A stretch of DNA of 64,000 nt from Eledone cirrhosa (Eukaryota). The stretch is from the NCBI GenBank assembly GCA_964016885.1, contig CAXHJY010001643.1:1-64000 (forward strand), in the 5' to 3' direction. Positions within the stretch are counted from its first letter, which is position 1; the number at the start of each line of letters is the position of its first letter. The notes beneath the pieces are model-generated. The model was not told the DNA's origin. It was given only the letters and a program-made list of their open reading frames with translations, and did not search any database. Shown one piece after another: positions 28,701 through 40,826 of this stretch. A program made the translations under genes and the position numbers.

Positions 28701-29022
28701 GGATTGTCAGTATCAGTAGAGGGTCGGACGCCATGCTTTCCAGCATAGTTACGTCCCTTTACGATCTGAGTTCAAATCCCGCCGAGGTTGACTTTGCCTT
28801 TCATCCTTACGGGGTCGATAAAATAAAGTACCAGTAATGCACTGGGTAATTGCTGGCCTTGTGCCTAAAGTAGAAACAATTATATTGCATAGATTTAGGG
28901 TCTGAGTTCAAATCCAGCCGAGGTTAACTTTGCCTTTCATCCTTACGGGGTCGATAAAATAAAGTACCAGTAATGTACTGGGACAATTGCTAGCCTTGTA
29001 CCAAAAGTAGAAACTATTATTA
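28701..29022 (+). mobile_element. SINE family 1 head-to-tail dimer
   Basis: Units 28701-28883 and 28898-29022. Confidence 0.82.
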
Positions 29023-29189
29023 TATTGTTTGGATTAAGGCCCATATGTAAATTTGGCTGAGATTTCTCATACAACATAAACGCACAAACACACATACACA
29101 CAGATATATACATAAGTGGGCCTTTGTGTGCATATTTCAATCTAAATATATACATATATGTATTGGTATGTGTATATATATATATATAT

Positions 29190-29324
29190 CCCGTGTTCAA
29201 TCGGGGGTAACCACAGTAAGAAAGGTACTCAATACATAGCAGAGTATAAATATTCAATATAGAAATGCCTTTCCTGATGATTTCTCCCGAATGAAACAGT
29301 TCTAGTCCTGTAGCAGCCATTTCT
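29190..29324. mobile_element. Family A hammerhead cassette (ribozyme on + at 29261-29324)
   Basis: TTC-CTGATGA-TTTC(tccc)GAAT-GAA-ACAG(ttctagtc)CTGT-A^G. Joined to an inverted element end; flanked by (TA)n and (CT)n. Confidence 0.65.
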
Positions 29325-29333
29325 CTCTCTCTC

Positions 29334-29398
<65 letters not shown>

Positions 29399-29799
29399 GT
29401 ATAGATATTGAGAGTCAGAGACTTACCTATAAACGTAAAGACAATTTGAGTGAGTGTACGTGCGCAGGAGCGTGTGTGCGTGTGTGCGCCTCAGTGTGTA
29501 CGTGTTTGCACGTTCAGTGTATGTGTGTGAGTGTGTGCGCCTCAGTATGTGCGTGAGTGTACGTTCAGTGTGTGAGAGTGTGTGCGTGTGCGTACCTCAG
29601 TGTGCGTGTTTGCACGCTCAGTGTGTGCGTGCGTGTGTGTGTGTATGTGCGTGCGTGTGTGCGTGTGTGGGTGTGTGTGTGCGTGTGTGCGTGTGTGTGT
29701 GTGTGTATGTGCGCGTGTGTGTGCCAACGTTAAGGTAGAAACGCAGCCTGCATATTAGGTCGGTTCCATGCAGTCGTAAATGAAATTATACACATATAC

Positions 29800-30355
29800 C
29801 GACCTTACATATACATATACGTTACATATACATACATATACAGATACATTACATATACATATACGTTACATATACATACATATACAGATACATTACATAT
29901 ACATATACGTTACATATACATACATATACAGATACATTACATATACATATACGTTACATATACATACATATACAGATACATTACATATACATATACGTTA
30001 CATATACATACATATACAGATACATTACATATACATATACGTTACATATACATACATATACAGATACATTACATATACATATACATTACATATACAGATA
30101 CATTACAGATACATTACATATACGTACATATACAGATACATTACATATACATATACGTTACATATACATACATATACAGATACATTACATATACAGATAC
30201 ATTACAGATACATTACATATACATACATATACGTTACAGATACATTACATATACAGATACATTACAGATACATTACATATACATACATATACGTTACAGA
30301 TACATTACATATACAGATACATTACATATACATACATATACAGGTACATTACATA
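29800..30355. repeat. ~42-bp minisatellite (TACATATACAGATACATTACATATACATATACGT-type)
   Basis: Direct tandem repeats, degenerating 3'. Confidence 0.9.
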
Positions 30356-30759
30356 CGTATTTCTATACCAACGTTACGTTAGTGCTTATCACCAATAGTT
30401 TATGGTTCGCTGTTATGTCTGTGAACTACACTTATAGAATACACTACAAACACACACACGTACACACATAGTACCACACACACACACACATAGTACCACA
30501 CACACACACATACACATAGTACCACACACACACACACATAGTACAACACACACAGACACACACAGACACAAACAGACACACACATACACACATACACACA
30601 CACACAGACACACATACAGACACACAGACACACACACAGACACTCAGACACACACCAACACACATCTATATATATATATACGTGCATATATGTATACAAA
30701 CACGTACATATGTATACATATATACATGTATTTAGATAATATATATATATAAATATATA

Positions 30760-31805
30760 TGTGTGTCTCTCTGTGCGTGTGTGTGTCTGTGTGTGTCTGT
30801 GTGTCTGTGTGTGTGTGTGTCTGTGTGTCTGTGTATCTCTGTGTGTGTGGTTGTGTCTGTGTGCGTGTACGTGTGTCTGTGTGTGTGTGTAGATGTCTCT
30901 TGTGTCTGTGTGTGTGTGGTTGTGTCTGTGTGCGTGGTTGTGTCTGTGTGTGTGGTTGTGTCTGTGTGCGTGGTTGTGTCTGTGTGTGTGGTTGTGTCTG
31001 TGTGTGTGGTTGTCTCTGTGTGTGGTTGTGTCTGTGTGTGTGTGTACTATTGTCTGTGTGTGTATGTAGATGTCTCTCTGTGTCTGTGTGTGTGTGTGTG
31101 TGTGTAGATGTCTCTTGTGTCTGTGTGTGTGTGGTTGTGTCTGTATGTGTGCGTGGTTGTGTCTGTGTGTGTGTACGAGTGTCTGTGTGTGTGTGTGTGT
31201 ACGAGTGTCTGTGTGTGTGTGTAGATGTCTCTCTGTGTCTGTGTGTGTGTGTGTGTGTAGATGTCTCTTGTGTCTGTGTGTGTGTGGTTGTGTCTGTGTG
31301 AGTGGTTGTGTCTGTGTGTGTGGTTGTGTCTGTGTGTGTGGTTGTCTCTGTGTGTGTGTACTAGTGTCTGTGAGTGTGTACTAGTGTCTGTGTGTGTGTA
31401 CTAGTCTCTCTGTGTGTGTGTGTGTGTGTGTAGATGTCTCTTGTGTCTGTGTGTGTGTACGAGTGTCTGTGTGTGTGTGTGTACGAGTGTCTGTGTGTGT
31501 GTGTACGAGTGTCTGTGTGTGTGTGTGTACGAGTGTCTGTGTGTGTGTGTACGAGTGTCTGTGTGTGTGTAGCTGAAGGTATATATCTGGATGACGGAGC
31601 AGGACTGGCTATGTTGTATATGTATACACTATGTTGTATATGTATACACTATGTAGTATGTGTATACACTATGTATACACTATGCTGTATATGTATACAC
31701 TATGTAGTATGTGTATACACTATGTATACACTATGTAGTATATGTATACACTATGTAGTATGTGTATACACTATGTATACACTATGCTGTATATGTATAC
31801 ACTAT
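30760..31805. repeat. GT-rich compound minisatellite followed by TATACACTATG repeats
   Basis: Direct inspection. Confidence 0.9.
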
Positions 31806-31983
31806 GTGTGAACAGAGATATATTTACTGGAGCTCGGCTGGTGTGAAAGGTGATGTACTTCACCTTGTAAGGTATTTAATCTTTATTGAGTAGGAAGACT
31901 TGTCAACTGTTAATTAACAGCAATGACATATAGACTATTTGATGGGTGGTAGTAAGAGGATGTGTGAGGAAGAGCGACGTATG

Positions 31984-32031
<48 letters not shown>

Positions 32032-32433
32032 TATATGTATATGTATATATATATGTGTGTGTGTGTGTATGAATATAAAATATGTATATACATTTGTACA
32101 TATATATATATATAAACATATATGTCTATATTTATGTATCTATATATATGTATATATGTGTGTCTGTGTGTGTGTGTGTATAAGTGTGTATATACATGTG
32201 GCTGTTATAGTGTGAGAGATATAATATGGTGATAAAGATAAAGGAAAGAGAGAAGTTGTGATCTAGAAGGATATCAAAGTCAAATAAAAAACAGAACGAC
32301 ATACATGAGAGTGGAATAGCATTGAGTGGCAGAGAGAAAGATGGTCGACCAGGTGGACATACAAATGGATTAATAGGTAATTAGAATTGCATGCATACGT
32401 ATTTATATATATACAGATACAATATATATATAT

Positions 32434-32531
32434 AATAATAAATTTGAAGACTAAAATCCAAAGAGGGTTAGTTTCAGCAGATCCTGTTAAGGGTGAAAGC
32501 AGCGATTCTTTGCTTAAACTTTAATCTGTTA

Positions 32532-32540
<9 letters not shown>
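32434..32540. mobile_element. Family C cassette, inverted-junction copy (hammerhead + 32470-32520)
   Basis: Element end in minus orientation fused to a plus-strand AGTTT-CAGCAGA-TCCT..GGGT-GAAAGCA..TGCTT-AAACT. Confidence 0.55.
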
Positions 32541-32560
<20 letters not shown>

Positions 32561-32563
<3 letters not shown>

Positions 32564-32753
32564 GGAACAAGTAAGACCCCGACGGCTGAGCTCAAGCCGT
32601 TTCAACGGCTAATTCTGTACAGAATTAGCCGTCGAAACGGCTTGAGCTCAGTCGTCGGGGTCTTACTTGTTCCTATTACCCACTCTACTACCCTAAGTAT
32701 TGAGTACTTTGGTGCGTTATGGTCCACCTGGTTCCTTACCACATTTCCTTCGT
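32561..32753 (+). mobile_element. Family B fold-back cassette (116-bp palindrome + tail)
   Basis: Near-perfect palindrome 32561-32676 containing GAAACGGCT(TGAGCTC)AGTCGTC, i.e. hammerhead GAAA-stem III-GUC. TA tracts on both sides. Confidence 0.6.
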
Positions 32754-33082
32754 TATATATATATATATATTTATATATTCGAGTGATCAGTGGCCTTTAG
32801 ACTCACCTGATCAAAGAAACAATTGTTAATACTGTAAATAAAACCCTTTCTGTACAGACGACCATGTTATTCTTCACTCTTTCACTACTGTCACTCCAAG
32901 AATAACCTACATGGGAATTCTCGCAAACTCACCACCGAACTAAGGAAACCTCTTGTTGAGTCAAACAACGCCGTACGTCAAAACTATCCATAATACAGAG
33001 TACCCACAACCTCTAACTGGATTACCTAAAACGATAACTTGTTAGTTATCCAATATATATATACACACACATGCAGTATATA

Positions 33083-33118
<36 letters not shown>

Positions 33119-33304
33119 TATATATATACATACAGTATTTTGATAATTTGACTGGTATAAGCAGTATTTAAAATCGAGTGTCACAACAACATTGCAGATA
33201 GTAATTTTAAGACGGATTCAACCACAAAGTCGCAATGAAACACATGTTAATACTTGGAATAAATCCTACTGTATAGCTTATCCTCGTTATTCTTCATTGT
33301 TTCG

Positions 33305-33341
<37 letters not shown>

Positions 33342-33399
33342 TATATATATATGTCGATTCAATTTGGATTGCCTCGGAAACATAACAGAAATGTAACAA

Positions 33400-33473
33400 G
33401 CTGTCTGATGATGTCACGACACTCGCACACAGAACAGTGTGGCCAGTGTCGCCATTGAAATATATATCACAGC
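33400..33473 (+). ncRNA. Type I hammerhead ribozyme (palindromic minimal stem III)
   Basis: GCTGT-CTGATGA-long stem II (CGACACT/AGTGTCG, CACAC/GTGTG)-GAA-ATATATAT-C^ACAGC. AUC triplet. Confidence 0.75.
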
Positions 33474-33922
33474 ATTATTATTAAAGGACTTGAACATCTG
33501 AAACTACTTCGCTTTTCCTTATTCGATATTTACTCCGTCACTCCTATGTGGAAAAAGTACGTTGAGTGCTTGAATTGAATTGCATCAATGTTTACCCTAA
33601 TATATATATATATATATTAGATACAAAGCGTAGCGTAGAATTTGAAATGGTAAAATAGTGCTTCCGCCGTATATTTGACTAAGTAAATTATCCTATTAGT
33701 TGGAGTTATAAAACCCCATAGAATATGAAAAATGGGATGGCCATTGACGTACAAGAGACACGAACCCACATATATGTATATGTGCGTGCGTGTATATATA
33801 TATATATGATTCCAGTTCCTCAGAGAAATAACAACGCAACCAGGAGCTGGACATATCGGAGTATTGACGGAGTAAAACACACTTCAACAACATGTGTACC
33901 TGTCTTTCCCACACCAATTCGG

Positions 33923-33977
33923 ACTGCCTGAAGAGGTCACAGCCAATGATGGCTGTCACCGAAATATATATAGCAGT
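33923..33977 (+). ncRNA. Type I hammerhead ribozyme (palindromic minimal stem III)
   Basis: ACTGC-CTGAAGA-GGTcACAGCCA(atga)TGGCTGTcACC-GAA-ATATATAT-A^GCAGT. All core nucleotides present, G10.1-C11.1 pair, AUA cleavage triplet. Confidence 0.85.
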
Positions 33978-34158
33978 ATATCTATAATTTATAATAAACG
34001 AAGCCAAATTTTACCTATTTGACTTAATTATTTTATATATATATATATTGACTGTTGGTTAATCAATGATAAACATTGATTATCAGCTGAATTAATTATA
34101 CAAGTATAAAATATACTGAAAGGAAAACCATCTCAAACTAAACACTGTTTTTTTTTAC

Positions 34159-34196
<38 letters not shown>

Positions 34197-34228
34197 AATC
34201 GGTTATCCATCCATAAGTATATATATAT

Positions 34229-34290
34229 AGGACTAGAACTGTTTCATTCCAATGAAACCAACAAGTCGCTTAGAAAGTATTTCTATATTG
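34229..34290. mobile_element. Family A cassette fragment
   Basis: AGGACTAGAACTGTTTCATTC...ATGAAAC...ATTTCTATATT between TA tracts. Confidence 0.45.
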
Positions 34291-34302
34291 ATTATATATA
34301 TC

Positions 34303-34428
34303 CTGTTGCTTAAACTTTAATCTGTTATTTTATTAAATATTTGCTCTACGGTTCTTATATATTTGATATATATTTATCCCTATCGAGCACTCTTTGGATT
34401 TTAGTCTTCAAATTTATTATTATTACTA
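34303..34428 (+). mobile_element. Family C cassette, 3' fragment
   Basis: Reverse complement of 57590-57710, between TA tracts. A further deleted/inverted copy lies at 50658-50712. Confidence 0.55.
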
Positions 34429-34963
34429 TATATATATATATATATTCCATTATTTAAACATAGAGCAATCCATCTCTCTATCTCTTCATATTCTATATCA
34501 ATATACATAAGTGTGTGTGTGTGTGTGTGTGTGCGTGTGCGTGCGTGTGTGTGTGTGTGTGTGTGTGTTTGCCTGTTCGTGCGTTTCATTTAATAAACGT
34601 GATTGATGATACACGACCTACCACCTGTAGAGCTTTGATCTGTTACTTCCGCCATCAGGTAGGATGTTATTAAGGTGTTATATTGTAGAATGAATGGAGT
34701 GAGGTGGGGGTGTCAAGAAGAGGAGGAGAATAAGGAGGAAGAAGGGGATTAGAAATAGGGAAGAGTATGAGGGTAATGATGGATATTCCCAATGGCAGTC
34801 AGCCTGCAAATTTTATAACATGATAATGTATCACACATAATTTGGGATGAAATGTAATACAATCGTTTATACACCATATATAATCTCAGGCACACACGCA
34901 GCCCCTCATATATATATATACATACGCGCGTACACAGACGCACACACACATACACACACACAC

Positions 34964-35089
<126 letters not shown>

Positions 35090-35717
35090 GTCTGTGTGTG
35101 TGTGTGTGTGCATGTACGCTTGAGTAAGTGTGTGTTTATGTGTGAATCTTTGTAGTACCGACTTCATGACAATGGTGTATTTTTAATAGGTCACATTCAA
35201 TTTTCCTTTATTTACGGATCTTAGATTTTATTGTACATATCCAATATCATAACTTGATTTAATGTGAAATAAAGTATTAAATCTTTTATAGAGTCCAGTC
35301 TACTATAATAATTGTATTAAATTGTACAAGATTCAAAGAAGAGATATTTTATATTGTTGATTTATTTCAGACACACCTACACATACATACACATACACTC
35401 AGACACACACACACACATGTAAACGTCTAAGTGGATCTCCGTCAGTTTAATGATGTATATTCTAGATGATTGGTGATTCACAGTAATGAAGCCATGACAG
35501 CAAAACACACTGAGTGAAACGACAGAACATTTTAACTACATATATAGTTCAACCTACGGTCTTCCAAATAATATATATATATATATATATATAAGTATTG
35601 AAATTTCCGTTGGAAACAGAAAAGGTCATAGAAATGAAGAGTGCTTTTATTTCGTATTCGCCTCATTCGGGAAACCTCTGGTAATGAGGTAATTATATTG
35701 TATTGATATTTTTATAC

Positions 35718-35779
<62 letters not shown>

Positions 35780-35842
35780 AATATTTATATTTATATTTAT
35801 ATAAATATGTATATATACATATATACTTATACATGTGTATAC

Positions 35843-35901
<59 letters not shown>

Positions 35902-35932
35902 AGAAGAAAAGATGGTTAAAGGAGTTCCATGT

Positions 35933-36001
35933 ATTTTATTATGCGCATTTCAAAAACAAATATCATCATGCAATAATATTTGAGTTTTCATCAGATAAAA
36001 C
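35933..36001 (-). ncRNA. Type I hammerhead ribozyme, left arm of 330-bp palindrome
   Basis: Minus strand: TTTTAT-CTGATGA-AAACTCAAATATTAT...ATGATATTTGTTTTT-GAA-ATGCGCAT-A^ATAAAA. Confidence 0.78.
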
Positions 36002-36125
36002 AGGAAGACATGATATGAAGGTTAAAGACACTTGTGGATAGTGCAGTTTTAAATCAACATATCATATGTTGATTTAAAACTGCACTATCCACAAGTGTTT
36101 TTTAACCTTCATATCATGTCTTCCT

Positions 36126-36194
36126 GTTTTATCTGATGAAAACACAAATATTATTGCATGATGAGGTTTGTTTTTGAAATGCGCATAATAAAAT
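36126..36194 (+). ncRNA. Type I hammerhead ribozyme, right arm of 330-bp palindrome
   Basis: TTTTAT-CTGATGA-AAACACAAA...TTTGTTTTT-GAA-ATGCGCAT-A^ATAAAA. Confidence 0.78.
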
Positions 36195-36320
36195 ACATGG
36201 AACTCTATTAACCATCTTTTCTTCTTATATATTATGTATACTCCAGTCCTACAAACTGTAGAGTGCTTCTTATCCGATATCTTTTATGTATTTATTGTAC
36301 TACAATAAAACTCACCTCCT

Positions 36321-36423
<103 letters not shown>

Positions 36424-36434
36424 CATATATATAC

Positions 36435-36466
<32 letters not shown>

Positions 36467-36524
36467 TAATATTTATATTTATATAAATATGTATATATAC
36501 ATATATACTTATACATGTGTATAC

Positions 36525-36577
<53 letters not shown>

Positions 36578-36784
36578 ATATATATATATATATATGCTTA
36601 TAAAAAACCCCGCATGACCAAGTCTTTAGAATAAGAGGGCACACAGGACAAAGACATTGGAAAAAAGAACCTAAACACAGACAGACTCTGTAACAGAATA
36701 TACCTACAATACTTCTGATAAGAAATATATAATTTACACACACGCTGAATTGTTTTTCTCCTCCAGGAAGGCTTACTTAGTAAG

Positions 36785-36837
<53 letters not shown>

Positions 36838-37329
36838 CTGTGTTTGTGTAGGCGTCATTGTATGCGTGTGTGTGAGTGCTCCTGTGTGTATGTGGGCATC
36901 CTTTTATATATGTGTGTATGTGCTTGTATGAGTATGTGGGTGTTATCTTGTGTGTGTTTCTGTGTTCATGTGTAAATACGTGCGGATATGCGCGAGGCTA
37001 TTCGCAAATATTTGTGTTGGAATTTTTTGAAAATATTTATTACGTTGTAAAACCAATTGCAATACCGCTTTCTTATCAGTGTGGCATTTTTTTCTATTCT
37101 TTGATAAAAGATAACACGATTCTGACCTCTAACGAAAGCCTCCTTCAAGGAGCCACATTTGACATGCAATAACGTTCTCCTATAAATTCTCTGAAATATT
37201 ATTCTCATAAATTTCCCGCCGAATGTATTGTATGTTTATAGAAGCCACACAGCAGAACATAAGGCACCTATTGAGACAAACACGCACACGCAATCCAATG
37301 GTATAGCAAATATATATCATACATACAGT

Positions 37330-37378
<49 letters not shown>

Positions 37379-37381
<3 letters not shown>

Positions 37382-37590
37382 GGAAAAGAGTCAGAACCCC
37401 GACGGCAGAGCTCAAGCCGTTTTGACAGCTATTTCTGGAGGCTATTTGAGTCCAGAAATAGCTGTCGAAACGGTTTGAGCTCTGCCGTCGTCGTAGTTCT
37501 GACTCTTTTCCTATTATCTACTCTACAACCCAAAGTATCGAGTATTCTGGTGCGTTATGGTCCACCTGGTTCCTTACCACACTTCCTTCG

Positions 37591-37592
<2 letters not shown>
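37379..37592 (+). mobile_element. Family B fold-back cassette, second copy
   Basis: Palindrome 37379-37514 plus tail GGTGCGTTATGGTCCACCTGGTTCCTTACCAC shared with the 32561 copy. TA flanks. Confidence 0.6.
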
Positions 37593-37629
<37 letters not shown>

Positions 37630-37878
37630 TGTTAATATTCGACCTGTTTGTATTTATCTTAGTTGTGGTATAAGTATTGCCATCTGAATTAAAAGTAAGT
37701 CGCTTATCATGGTGTTACATTTTCTTAATCTTTGTATTCTCTCTAATGTGTTAAATCTTTGTATCACTGAGTGCTTTGTGATTGCCAAAAACAATACGAT
37801 TGGTGTCTGCTATAACTTTGGATTATTCATACATACATACTTACACACACACACATATATATATATATACAGAGAGAG

Positions 37879-37945
<67 letters not shown>

Positions 37946-38834
37946 ACTCTGAGACTATGGGCATGTGGTTAGAATGTCTTAGGAAAAAATCGATGACTAG
38001 ATTTTACGGGCAAAACCAACCGGCAGGAAGAAGAAGAAGAAGAAGAAGAAGAAGAAGAAGAAGAAGAAGAAGATTGATGCAGATGAAATCGATGAAACCC
38101 ATCTAAAAACAGGAAAGTGTTATTCTATATCTGACGATGACAAGACATGTATAATTTACTATTGAATCCAACCTGTATATAAAATATTTTGAAATTAGAA
38201 AGTTATATAATATGTATATTATAAAATTGAAATGAACGCCTTTTATATATTTGTCGATATTTGTCAATACAGGATATTTTATATGTGATATTAAATATAT
38301 ATTTGAGAACAGTTTGATTATGTTTGAATTTAATTATGGAAATATTTGCCGTGCAATATTTCGAATTATTTTGAATATTAAATTTAGCAATGACACCTCC
38401 TCCCTGTTTGTGTTTTATTAATTTGATATTTGACTGGTTCCAGTCATTGCACAGCTATTTTGCTGTAAAGGTAGAAGGGAAAATCTATGTAGTTTTTAGA
38501 CCTGCTAAAAATAGTTGCGATATATGTCTCAAATATCATCATAGGGATTTAAGTGGCCCGATGTTGCTTTCAGATATAAGGAAAACGTTGCATTGTCAAA
38601 ACCGAAATACCTTTCCTTATAAGTCGGCCTGTACAGAGATGATGATATGTTAAACAATAAATGCAACAATACGGCTTGTAGAGTGTTTACTCGATCATAT
38701 GAAACCCAGTACGTATTTCATTGCATAACATATTGGATCGATCATTTTTTATCAAGTAGCTGATATGTTTTTCACAGAAACAGGGAGGGAAATTGCAGAG
38801 AAAGAAATAATTGAATTTATGTGTTACATATATT

Positions 38835-38967
<133 letters not shown>

Positions 38968-39035
38968 ACATATATATATATACACACATATATATATATA
39001 TATATATATACATATATACATATACATATATATAC

Positions 39036-39066
<31 letters not shown>

Positions 39067-39415
39067 AATATATATATACATACATACATACACAACTGCA
39101 CACACACACACATATATATACATATATACATATACACATATGTAAGGAGCAAATACATTCCATAAATGAATATTCTTCAATTTAATGAAATAACGAAATG
39201 TGTTGTGAACCAGTTATTACAAATCTAATACATGTCGCCCATGATCGAAGCAACCAACATACATATAATCAGGTTTTGTTTTTCATTCAGGAAATATTTA
39301 ATAAATTTATTGGAAGTTACCATTTATTTATTAATGTATATATGTACGTACACTATATACGTATGGATAACTCAACACTTCTAAATCTGTTACACATACA
39401 CATGTACACCCACAA

Positions 39416-39489
<74 letters not shown>

Positions 39490-39515
39490 TTATATATATG
39501 TACATGTGTATATAC

Positions 39516-39590
<75 letters not shown>

Positions 39591-39752
39591 TATGTATGCA
39601 TGTATATATATGTATATATACTATTATATATACTATTATATATACTATTATATACATTGATATATAACACTTCCCAACCTGTAACACATACACTGACACA
39701 CACAGACCTCTCTCTCCTTCTTACACATACACATGCGCACACAAACATATAC

Positions 39753-39819
<67 letters not shown>

Positions 39820-40630
39820 TATGTATGTATATATGTACATACACTATTGTATACATTCATATCTGAGCACATTCCAACAAACTCACACACTCTCTCTCTC
39901 ACGCACACACACGCACATACACACATATAATCACACATATATATGCATGTATATATGTATGTAATTATGTATATATGTTTATATGTATATATGTATATAT
40001 GTATGTATGTAGGTATGTAATTATGTATGTATGTATGTATATATGTATGAATGTATAATGTGTGTCTCTGGGTAACCACAATATCCATGATACTTGCTGT
40101 AATTGTTTTTACTACTACTACTACTACTACTGCTACTGCTACTACTGCTACTACTACTACTACTACTACTGCTGTTACCACCATCACCACCACCACCACC
40201 ACCACCACACATGGTTAACTTGCGTAAATCGGTTGTTCAATTTATGAATATGAAAAGCTCGGCTGATATCCTGATCATGGGAATATATTTGATATCCTTA
40301 CATGGGAATACATTTGTTGGCAACATACACACAGCTTATCAATGCAAACCCTGGATGAATGGACATGCAGGACAGTACCACCGTCATATGTTTATGTCAC
40401 ATAGTATAGGTTTCTGGTGTCTCATGCACAGTTGTATCACCCGATATTTTTTCCGATAAGACCAGATACCAAATATATTTGAATATGATTCGTTTTACCC
40501 AACCTGAACGGCCTCTAGAGGATTCAACAAAAGTTGTACCCGTCACACTTAGACTTGTTCCCTCGTGTTCACATCAGTCCATTTATGGTCTACGTGACTG
40601 ATATAAAATGCGGATGTTGAATTTCCATAT

Positions 40631-40826
40631 AATAATTGTTTCTACTTTTGGAACAAGGCCAGCAATTACCCCACTGCATTACTAGTACTTTATTTTATCG
40701 ATCCCGTAAGGATGAAAGGCAAAGTTAACCCCGGCGGGATTTGAACTCAGAATGATAAGGGCCGTAACTCTAAACGTCAAAGCATGGCGTCCGACTCTCT
40801 ACCGATACTGCCAATCCATCGCCCCT
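40631..40826 (-). mobile_element. SINE family 1, full length
   Basis: Head, core and GGCCTTGT..CAAAAGTAGAAACAATTATT tail on the minus strand. Confidence 0.85.

Larger units (their letters stand above)
35895..36320. mobile_element. Fold-back Penelope-like terminal fragment (family D) in a TA/CA microsatellite
   Basis: About 163-bp inverted arms centred on 36063, each carrying a hammerhead. A unique 3' tail contains GAGTGC and AATAAA. Microsatellite on both sides. Confidence 0.65.

Noticed and set aside
40215-40620. Possible decayed LINE RT fragment
   Set aside because: Only a vague FKY-like motif; cannot be supported without a profile search.
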